Part shown: piece by piece, positions 56,802-64,000 of the stretch
Layout: every line of letters begins with the position of its first letter
Position numbering within the stretch: position 1 is the first letter of the stretch
NCBI GenBank assembly: GCA_031409655.1
Contig: JANNXQ010000055.1
Span: forward strand, 1 to 64,000
Direction: 5' to 3'
DNA: 64,000 nucleotides
DNA from: Chthoniobacteraceae bacterium
Lineage (GTDB): Bacteria; Verrucomicrobiota; Verrucomicrobiia; Chthoniobacterales; Chthoniobacteraceae
Notes under the pieces: generated by a model
What the model was told of the DNA's origin: nothing
Database searches by the model: none
The model's input: only the letters and a program-made list of their open reading frames with translations
Program-made: the position numbers and the translations under genes

Positions 56802-56902
56802 GCCAGGCAGCCGCCCCCTCGCTCCGAGTTTCTTTTTTTGGCCAAGGGCGCCCCAACTCCTGGCCTTGGCGCTCCCGTGCTTTCCAGCGACAGTCCTCTC
56901 CA

Positions 56903-58000
56903 ATGCCTGATCTCCGCCGGCCCATCCACTCCCTGACGCTCGCTGAAATCGAGGCGTGGCTCACGACCGCCGACCAGCCTCGCTACCGGGGCGGACAGCT
57001 CACCCAGTGGCTCTATGAAAAGCGCGCGCCATCCTTTGCCGCGATGACGAATCAACTCTCCGCCCTGCGCAAACGCCTGGCGGCCGAGTTCCTTTTCGAT
57101 GAAATCGAACAAGTCCGGGTGCTCGGCTCCGCAGACACCACCCGCAAATATCTCTTCCGCCTCGCCGACGGCGCGCTCATCGAAAGCGTCCTCATCCCGG
57201 CCTCCCCTGCCCTCTATGGCGAGGCCAGCGACCGCCGCACGCTTTGCATCTCGACCCAGGTCGGCTGCGCCTACGGCTGCAAATTTTGCGCCAGCGGCCT
57301 CGACGGCTTCGCACGCAATCTCGGTCCGCAGGAGATCGTCGGGCAGTTCCTGCGCGTGGAAGAGCTGAGTGGCGAAAAGATCAACAACATCGTCTTCATG
57401 GGCATGGGCGAGCCACTCGCGAATTTCGCGAACGTCATGAAGGCCATCAACATCATCAATGCCCCGTGGGGACTCGGACTCGGTGCCCGACACATCACCA
57501 TCTCCACGAGCGGTCTCGCGCCGCAGATCCGCCAACTCGCCGAACAGCCCTTGCAAGTCCGCCTCGCCGTCTCCCTGCACGGCGCGACCGACGAAGTGCG
57601 CCAGCAGATCATGCCCGTGAATCGCAAGTACCCGCTCGCCGAATTGCTCGACGCCTGCGCTGCCTACACCCAGCGCAAAAAGCAGCGCCTCACTTTCGAA
57701 TACATCCTCATCGAGAATGTGAACGATCGCCGCGAAGACGCCGCGGCCCTCGCCCGGCTCGTCCGGGAGGTGAATGCCAAGGTCAACTGCATCCCCTACA
57801 ACGTCGTCGATGGCCTCGACTGGAAACGCCCGAGCGAAGCGCGCCAGGACGACTTCATGGCCGTGCTTAACGCCGCGCGAGTTCCCGCCACGATCCGCCG
57901 GGAAAAAGGCCACGACATCGCCGCCGCCTGCGGCCAACTCCGCCGCCAAACGATGCCCGCGACCCCCGAATCTCTGCCAGATCCAGCCCTGCCATCGTGA
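56903..58000 (+). CDS. rlmN: 23S rRNA m2A2503 / tRNA m2A37 radical SAM methyltransferase
   Basis: CISTQVGCAYGCKFCAS, FMGMGEP, SLH, DIAAACGQL. Confidence 0.95.
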   Translation: MPDLRRPIHSLTLAEIEAWLTTADQPRYRGGQLTQWLYEKRAPSFAAMTNQLSALRKRLAAEFLFDEIEQVRVLGSADTTRKYLFRLADGALIESVLIPASPALYGEASDRRTLCISTQVGCAYGCKFCASGLDGFARNLGPQEIVGQFLRVEELSGEKINNIVFMGMGEPLANFANVMKAINIINAPWGLGLGARHITISTSGLAPQIRQLAEQPLQVRLAVSLHGATDEVRQQIMPVNRKYPLAELLDACAAYTQRKKQRLTFEYILIENVNDRREDAAALARLVREVNAKVNCIPYNVVDGLDWKRPSEARQDDFMAVLNAARVPATIRREKGHDIAAACGQLRRQTMPATPESLPDPALPS

Positions 58001-58074
58001 CCGGCGGCTGACGCCGACTGGATGCAGAGGCGTTGCCGTCACACTCTTTTTCCAAGCACCCAAACCACCAGCCC

Positions 58075-58959
58075 ATGACCCTCCGGATCTTCCTCAGTTT
58101 GCTCGCCTCCACGCTCGTCTCTTTCGGGGCTCACCCATTTCTTTGCTGCGACTACGGGGGAGGGAAAGTTTGCGTGGTCGATGCGGCCGGAGGAATCGAG
58201 TGGCAGTATGACTGCAAAAATCCCCAGGACTGCTGGCGACTGCCAAATGGGAACACGCTCTTCTGCTTTGTGAACGGCGCGCTGGAACTGAAACCGGATA
58301 AGTCCGTGGTCTGGGAATACAAAGCGCCCGCGAAGACCGAGGTCCACGCGTGCCAGCCATTGCCGGATGGCAAAGTGATGTTAGTCGAATGCGGGACCAG
58401 CCGGATCATCGAAGTGGATCGCGCCGGGAAGATCGTCAAAGAGATCAAACTCACGACCAAGCCCGAAGTGAAGTTGCACAATCAATTCCGGGGCACCCGC
58501 AAACTCGCGAACGGGCACTACCTCGTCTGCTTCAAAGGCGAGAATCGCGTGGTGGAACTCGACGGCGACGGCCGGGAACTCCGCAGCATCGCGGTCGCCG
58601 GTGATCCTCATGGTGCCCTCGCGCTGCCTGGCGGAAATATTCTCATCACCTGCGGAGATGGGCACAAAGTCGTGGAGGTCGATCCCGCGGACAAAGTGGT
58701 CTGGGAGCTGAACGAGAACGACCTTCCCGGCAACCCGCTGCGGCTCATGGCCGGCGCCCAGCGACTACCCAATGGCAACACCATCCTCTGTGTGTATCTC
58801 GGCCACGGCCACATCGGCGAGCAACCACAGGTGATCGAAGTCACACCCGACAAAAAGGTCGTCTGGCACTTCGCTGACCACGCGCACTTTAAGACGATCA
58901 ATCAGATCCAGCGGCTCGATGTGCCCGGCGACGTGACCAGAGGAGAGATCCTGCGCTAA
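58075..58959 (+). CDS. Secreted beta-propeller protein (PQQ-like/arylsulfotransferase-like repeats)
   Basis: Repeated RLPNGNTL / V.E...D...VW motifs. Confidence 0.7.
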   Translation: MTLRIFLSLLASTLVSFGAHPFLCCDYGGGKVCVVDAAGGIEWQYDCKNPQDCWRLPNGNTLFCFVNGALELKPDKSVVWEYKAPAKTEVHACQPLPDGKVMLVECGTSRIIEVDRAGKIVKEIKLTTKPEVKLHNQFRGTRKLANGHYLVCFKGENRVVELDGDGRELRSIAVAGDPHGALALPGGNILITCGDGHKVVEVDPADKVVWELNENDLPGNPLRLMAGAQRLPNGNTILCVYLGHGHIGEQPQVIEVTPDKKVVWHFADHAHFKTINQIQRLDVPGDVTRGEILR

Positions 58960-59143
58960 CGCTGAATAACTCGAACGTCTTCGGAGCGACGTGCGACGCC
59001 ATTCAGTTTGAGCCACGTTCCCTCAGCTCCAAGGTGGGACGGAATGTGCTCCCCCACCAAGCAATCATCGCTGATCGAGCGCGTCTCTCGATCGCCGCAA
59101 AGGCGGTTGCAGACGCTCCGATCTGATCTCTAGTCTCGCGCCA

Positions 59144-59743
59144 ATGCTCCGAAAGTTCATCCTCCTCGCCCTCGCCGGTCTGCTCACCGGTTGCGCCACC
59201 AAGGATCGCGTCCATACGATGCGGGTCAGTGTTCCGGAGCAGAAGATGGCCGTTTATAAACGCGGCGTGGAGATCGCCCGCTACGATGTCTCGACTTCCA
59301 AGTTCGGCCTCGGTGATCGGCGCGGGAGCAACTGCACGCCGCTCGGGCGCATGGAGGTCGCCAAAAAAGTCGGCGGCGGCCAGCGCCTCGGGATGAAATT
59401 TAAAAGCCGCCGCCCCACTGGCGAGATCGTGCCGGTCAATGCCCCGGGCCGCGATCCGATCGTCACCCGGATCTTGTGGCTGCGCGGCCTCGAAAGACAG
59501 AACTCCAACGCCTACCGCCGGACCATCTACATCCACGGCACCGCGGAAGAGTGGAAGGTCGGGACGCCGGCGAGCTACGGTTGCATCCGGATGCGCTCGC
59601 GCGATGTCGTCGCGCTCTACGACATCGTCGGCAAAGGAGCCGAAGTGTATGTGACCACCGACCCTCTTCCGATGCCGATGGGGATGCCGATGCCGATGCC
59701 GTTGGTGCAGGCCGCACCGCCGCCCGCTCCGCCCACGCTGTAG
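59144..59743 (+). CDS. L,D-transpeptidase lipoprotein (YkuD family)
   Basis: Lipobox LTGC; TPLG; IYIHGT...ASYGCIRM. Confidence 0.9.
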   Translation: MLRKFILLALAGLLTGCATKDRVHTMRVSVPEQKMAVYKRGVEIARYDVSTSKFGLGDRRGSNCTPLGRMEVAKKVGGGQRLGMKFKSRRPTGEIVPVNAPGRDPIVTRILWLRGLERQNSNAYRRTIYIHGTAEEWKVGTPASYGCIRMRSRDVVALYDIVGKGAEVYVTTDPLPMPMGMPMPMPLVQAAPPPAPPTL

Positions 59744-59744
59744 C

Positions 59745-60530
59745 TCAAGCGGGCCGCCACACCGTCTCGTCGCGGATGTCGGCGAGGAAGGGGAGGTCGC
59801 GGCGATATGCGGCGAGCGCCGGCAGGTCGAGTTCCGCACTGATGAGGCCTGCGCGGTCGGCGGCGTCGGCGACGATTTCGCCGCGGAAATCCACGATGAG
59901 ACTCCGGCCCGAGTAGTGCAGGTGCGGATCACTGCCGACCCGGTTCACACCCGCGACATAACACTGATTCTCGATCGCCCGGGCCTGGAGTAATTTCACC
60001 CACTGCCCGAGCCGCGCATCGGGCCAACTCGCGATGACGGTGATGAGGTCCACTCCTGCTCGGGCGACGGGGCGGAAGATCTCCGGAAAACGCAGATCGT
60101 AGCAGATGAAGGGCGCCACGCGGCACGCGCTCCACGGAAAGATGACGGGAGCATCACCAGGCGAAAACGCCGCCCTCTCGCCGCCAAGCGTGAAGGGCTG
60201 CAGCTTGCCGTAGCGCGCCATCTCGCAACCCTCGGGCGAGAAAATCACAGCTTCATTGCGACCGCGGCCATCCGCCCCAGTATTCACGACTCCGCCCTCG
60301 ATGAAGATCCCGCGCTCCTTTGCGAGGTCCGCCAGGAACCGCTCGGACTCACGCGCCGCGCCTTCGGCGATCACCGCCACGTCGATGCTGAATCCCGTGG
60401 AAAACATTTCCGCAAAAATCAGCAGTGAGCCGGGGGGAATCTCGACATCGGCGAGCAGCGGGCGAATCCGCGCGTGGGTCGCCGCTTTGTTTTCCCAAAC
60501 GATGTCGTGCTGGCAGCAGCAGACCTTCAT
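59745..60530 (-). CDS. Carbon-nitrogen hydrolase (omega-amidase/YafV-like)
   Basis: E-K-C triad: FAEMF, YGK, ICYDLRFPE; ARAIENQ. Confidence 0.88.
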   Translation of the reverse strand: MKVCCCQHDIVWENKAATHARIRPLLADVEIPPGSLLIFAEMFSTGFSIDVAVIAEGAARESERFLADLAKERGIFIEGGVVNTGADGRGRNEAVIFSPEGCEMARYGKLQPFTLGGERAAFSPGDAPVIFPWSACRVAPFICYDLRFPEIFRPVARAGVDLITVIASWPDARLGQWVKLLQARAIENQCYVAGVNRVGSDPHLHYSGRSLIVDFRGEIVADAADRAGLISAELDLPALAAYRRDLPFLADIRDETVWRPA

Positions 60531-61606
60531 GGCAATTCGAGGCTCCAGACTTCGGGGGTGCGCAGGCGCGGGCGCACCTCGCCATTTGGGATCACGTAGC
60601 GCTGCTGCCAGCGCACGGTGGGTACGGTCGCGCGCGAAACCGGAATTTCACCCGCGATCGTCCACTGATCGGTGCGGACATCGTAAGCGAGCGCCGTGCG
60701 GGGAAATCCCGGGTGCTTTTCGACTGGCGCAAAGGTGACATGCGCGCCGTCGTCACCGCTCACAATGAGCAGGCCCGATTCACTGAAAACCGCCGCCGGG
60801 CTGGGCGCGGCGACGGCGGCGCGAGGCAGGTCGGCGAGCCGCGTCCAGCCTTTGTCCGGCGTGAATCGCCAGGCATCCCTGAGATATTCACGCGCCGGCT
60901 TCCCATCGGGCCCCGGTGCCAGCGCCACTCCACTGAAGAGAAAAAACGAACCTTCCAACGCTCCGGCAACGGCGTGCATGCGCGCCGGTCCTGGACAAGG
61001 CTCGAGCTCCCGCCAGCGCGGCTCGGACTCCGCGAGATCGAGCGCCCAAAAAGTCTTCAGCGCAGTCGTGGAGGTCGGCGTTTCAAGACCGCCCGCGACG
61101 TAGATGGTGCTGCCGAGCGCTGCGCCGCAGGCGTTCGCACAGGAGTTCGGCAATGCCGGGAGCACGTCCATCACGAGACGATCGCTCTGCCAGCTCAGTG
61201 CGAAGACCTCACGGTAATGCTGCGTCGCGTCGCTGCCGCCGATACCGATCACCCGGTCACCGACCGTCGCGGACACTCCGTAGCCGAGCGGCCGCGGCAA
61301 CTTGAACGTCGTCGTCCGCCAGCGCCCCTTCGCCGGATCGAAGAGGAAGACCGAGTCGTACCATTTCTTCACAAAGACCTCGGCCCACTTGTCCTCGGGG
61401 ATGTTCGCGCCGCCCGCCACGATCAACGCTCCACCGCTGACGCCCGCAAAAGGCGCAGCGAATCCTTCGGCATCGGGGATCGGCGGCAATTGGCTCCAGC
61501 GCATCGTCGGATGCGCAGCGTGCAGCGAGAGCGCGAGGAACCCAAGCGCCAAGAAAACCACGGGCGCTGCGGGGAAATGGAAAAGTGCGGTGCGGGAGGC
61601 GTCCAT
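60527..61606 (-). CDS. Kelch-repeat protein (NanM/mutarotase-like)
   Basis: LIVAGGAN, LPRPLGYG, IYVAGG, LPRAAVAAP, GEVRPRLRTP; start uncertain. Confidence 0.75.
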   Translation of the reverse strand: MDASRTALFHFPAAPVVFLALGFLALSLHAAHPTMRWSQLPPIPDAEGFAAPFAGVSGGALIVAGGANIPEDKWAEVFVKKWYDSVFLFDPAKGRWRTTTFKLPRPLGYGVSATVGDRVIGIGGSDATQHYREVFALSWQSDRLVMDVLPALPNSCANACGAALGSTIYVAGGLETPTSTTALKTFWALDLAESEPRWRELEPCPGPARMHAVAGALEGSFFLFSGVALAPGPDGKPAREYLRDAWRFTPDKGWTRLADLPRAAVAAPSPAAVFSESGLLIVSGDDGAHVTFAPVEKHPGFPRTALAYDVRTDQWTIAGEIPVSRATVPTVRWQQRYVIPNGEVRPRLRTPEVWSLELP

Positions 61607-61700
61607 CCGTCGCGAGCATGGGCATCTCGATTCCGCCACCCAAGCTCCAAAGAAATACAAGTTCTTGGGGATTCGAGTCTGGCGTTTCATTCTCCAAACC

Positions 61701-64000
61701 ATGTCCCTTTTTCCTCGCATCCTCGTCGCGGCGCTGCTTTTCGTTCCGGACGCCTTTGCCGAGCCGCCGGCGATTTCTCTCCCGGACGGGCTCACCGCCA
61801 CGCTCGTCGCGGCGCCGCCGCTGATCGCCCATCCCGTGATGGCCGCGCCCGGTCCTCCCGGCGTGCTCTTCGTCTGCGACATGGCTGGCCTGAATCTGAA
61901 CAAAGCCGAACTCGAAGCGCAGCGGCCAAACCGCGTCGTGCGCCTCGCGGACACCGATGGCGACGGCATCTACGACACGCAGACTGTCTTCGCCGATCAG
62001 CTCACGTTTCCCAATGGCGGCGTGTGGCTCGGCGATTCGCTCTACGTCTGCTCCGCGCCGGGTCTCTGGCGCTTCACCGATGCCGATGGCGACGGCGTCG
62101 CCGAGACCCGCACCGCGATCGTCACCGGCTTCGACTACACGGGCAACGCCGCCGACTTGCACGGCCCCTTCCTCCACCCGGATGGCCGCCTCTACTGGTG
62201 CCATGGACGCAAGAGCTACAGCGCCACGCAGAGCGATGGCCAGGTCGTCGCGACGGGCGCTTCGTCTGGCATCTGGTCGTGCCGCCCGGATGGTCTCGAC
62301 CTCCGCTGGCACTCCCTCGTCGCCGGCGACAATCCCGTGAAACTCGACTTCACCCCGGAAGGCGACGTCATCGGCTCGATGAACCTTTACTTCAGCCGCC
62401 CGCGCGGCGACGTCATCATGCACTGGTTGCGCGGCGGCGTGTATCCGCGCGAGGATCAAAAGAAGGTGATCGAAGGTCTGCCACGCACGCTGGAGGTGAT
62501 GCCAGTCGTCCATAACTTCGGCCACGTCGCCGTCTCCGGCTGCGCCTTTCATCGCTCCGGCGCGCTCGATCCCGACTGGCGCGGGCACCTCTTCGTCACG
62601 CACTTCAATACCGGCCGCCTCACCCGCATGGAGATGACGCGCGATGGCGCCACTTTCAAAGTCGCCGAGCGCGAGTTTCTGAAAATGCAGAACCCCGACG
62701 CCCATCTCACCGACGTGCTCGAGGACCGCGACGGCTCGCTGCTCGTCGTCGATACTGGCGGCTGGTTTCGTAATGGCTGCCCATCTTCGCTGATCGCCAA
62801 ACCCAACGTGGCCGGCGCGATCTATCGCATCCAGCGCAAAGGGGGCGCGGCGCAGTGCGAGCCGTGGGGTGCGGCGACGGCGGAGGTGTGGACGCTGGCG
62901 CAAAAAGGGGGCGCGGACAGCGTGCAGAAGCTCGCCGAGCTCCTCGACGCTGAGGATTTGAATGTTGCCCGCGCCGCGGCGAATGCACTCGCTTCGCTCG
63001 CCGATCCCTCATCTGCCAAGGCCCTCGCCGCCGCGCTCTATCAGCGCGATCCGGCAGTGCAACTGGCCGCCACCGCCGGCCTCGGAGTCTTGCCGCAGCT
63101 CAGTGAAAAAGCGATCAACACCCTGCTCCGACAACTCGACGGACCGCTCGAGCCCGCGCTCGAACATCAGACCATGGAGACGCTCATCCGCGGCATCGCA
63201 AATCGCAGCGAGACCCTCGTCGCAAAGCTCGGCTCCGGCGGATCGGCGAACGCGCAGCGCTGCATCCTCCGCATCCTCGAGCAAATGCCCGCTTCTCCGC
63301 TCACCGCCGCCCACGTCATCCCGCTGCTCGATGCCAAAGACGCCACCCTCGCGCAAGCCGCCGCCGAAATCCTCGCCCGCCACCCGGCCTGGCTGCCCGC
63401 CTTCGCCGAACACCTCTCCGGACGCGCGAGCGATACCGCGCTCCCACCCGACCAACTCGCCCTCATCGAGACCGCGCTGAAATCCGGTGCCGCCGACGCC
63501 ACCGTCCGCACGCTGCTCACGCATTTCATCACCAGCGAAAACGCCGCCGAGCAGCGCACCGCCTGGCGCATCCTCGCCGCGTCGAGCACCGGCACCCCGG
63601 AGGCGGACTGGATCCCGCCGCTCAAACTCGCCCTCGCCGATGGTGCCCCCGCCGATCAATCGCTCGTCATCTCCGCCATCGCCCGCTTTCACGCGCCGGA
63701 ACTCGACGCCGCGCTCACGGAATTCGCCGGCGACGAAAAGCGCCCCCTCGCCCTGCGTCTCCGCGCCCTCACCGCCGCACCGAAAGCCAAGACCATCCTC
63801 TCCGCCGATTCCTTCCGCTTCCTCGAAGACACCCTCACGCAGAGCCCCTCGCCCGCCGCACGACTCGAAGCCGCCCAGCTCCTCGCCACCGCAAAACTAG
63901 ACAAAGACCTCCTCCTCAAACTCGCAACCTCGCTCCCGAAAATCGGCCCGCTTGAACTGCGCGAACTCCTCGCCACCGTCCGGCGCGCCAAGGAACCCGA
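61701..64000 (+). CDS. PVC-type membrane-bound dehydrogenase / heme-binding family protein, truncated by the window end
   Basis: MSLFPRILVAALL signal; DTDGDG and DADGDG repeats; LHGPFLHPDGRLYW; VVDTGGWF; GAIYRI; HEAT-like repeats; frame appears open to the end, so it is absent from the ORF track. Confidence 0.8.
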   Translation, partial: MSLFPRILVAALLFVPDAFAEPPAISLPDGLTATLVAAPPLIAHPVMAAPGPPGVLFVCDMAGLNLNKAELEAQRPNRVVRLADTDGDGIYDTQTVFADQLTFPNGGVWLGDSLYVCSAPGLWRFTDADGDGVAETRTAIVTGFDYTGNAADLHGPFLHPDGRLYWCHGRKSYSATQSDGQVVATGASSGIWSCRPDGLDLRWHSLVAGDNPVKLDFTPEGDVIGSMNLYFSRPRGDVIMHWLRGGVYPREDQKKVIEGLPRTLEVMPVVHNFGHVAVSGCAFHRSGALDPDWRGHLFVTHFNTGRLTRMEMTRDGATFKVAEREFLKMQNPDAHLTDVLEDRDGSLLVVDTGGWFRNGCPSSLIAKPNVAGAIYRIQRKGGAAQCEPWGAATAEVWTLAQKGGADSVQKLAELLDAEDLNVARAAANALASLADPSSAKALAAALYQRDPAVQLAATAGLGVLPQLSEKAINTLLRQLDGPLEPALEHQTMETLIRGIANRSETLVAKLGSGGSANAQRCILRILEQMPASPLTAAHVIPLLDAKDATLAQAAAEILARHPAWLPAFAEHLSGRASDTALPPDQLALIETALKSGAADATVRTLLTHFITSENAAEQRTAWRILAASSTGTPEADWIPPLKLALADGAPADQSLVISAIARFHAPELDAALTEFAGDEKRPLALRLRALTAAPKAKTILSADSFRFLEDTLTQSPSPAARLEAAQLLATAKLDKDLLLKLATSLPKIGPLELRELLATVRRAKEP

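Noticed and set aside
59671..59701. (GATGCC)n hexamer repeat encoding MPMGMPMPMP
   Set aside because: Frame-preserving microsatellite in a disordered Pro-rich tail; no evidence of function
1..64000. CRISPR array, tRNA, rRNA, prophage, transposase or defence genes
   Set aside because: No repeat-spacer periodicity, cloverleaf or relevant protein motifs seen; heptamer arrays lack spacers

Overview
High-GC bacterial window, most consistent with a Verrucomicrobiota (Chthoniobacterales/Spartobacteria-like) genome. The indicators are a UBact-type modifier next to proteasome subunits, a PVC-type dehydrogenase/heme protein and heptamer/REP repeats. About 46 CDSs are supported; I saw no rRNA, tRNA or CRISPR array. 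The main object is a ~20 kb minus-strand, largely translationally coupled operon (24466 to 4370). It starts with a 3438-aa hybrid NRPS/PKS (A-T-sulfotransferase-KS-AT-ACP-aminotransferase-C-A-T), followed by an NRPS (docking-C-A-T-TE with a Cys nucleophile) and a PPTase. These run directly into a Wzm/Wzt glycan exporter and three glycosyltransferases. Further glycan genes flank it: WcaF-like acetyltransferase, methyltransferases, and a Wzc-GT4-double GT4-Wzx-Wzy operon. The right half holds PHP-GT4, a deacetylase, lnt, a phosphosugar mutase and peptidoglycan proteins around a ubact-prcB-prcA cassette with no ligase or ATPase. It continues with dnaG-rpoD, an orphan anti-sigma-like pair, rlmN, an L,D-transpeptidase, a nitrilase-family amidase, a Kelch protein and a truncated PVC-type dehydrogenase. 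Several palindromic or heptamer repeats are inserted in frame inside genes. All functional calls come from motif reading and recall, not database searches.
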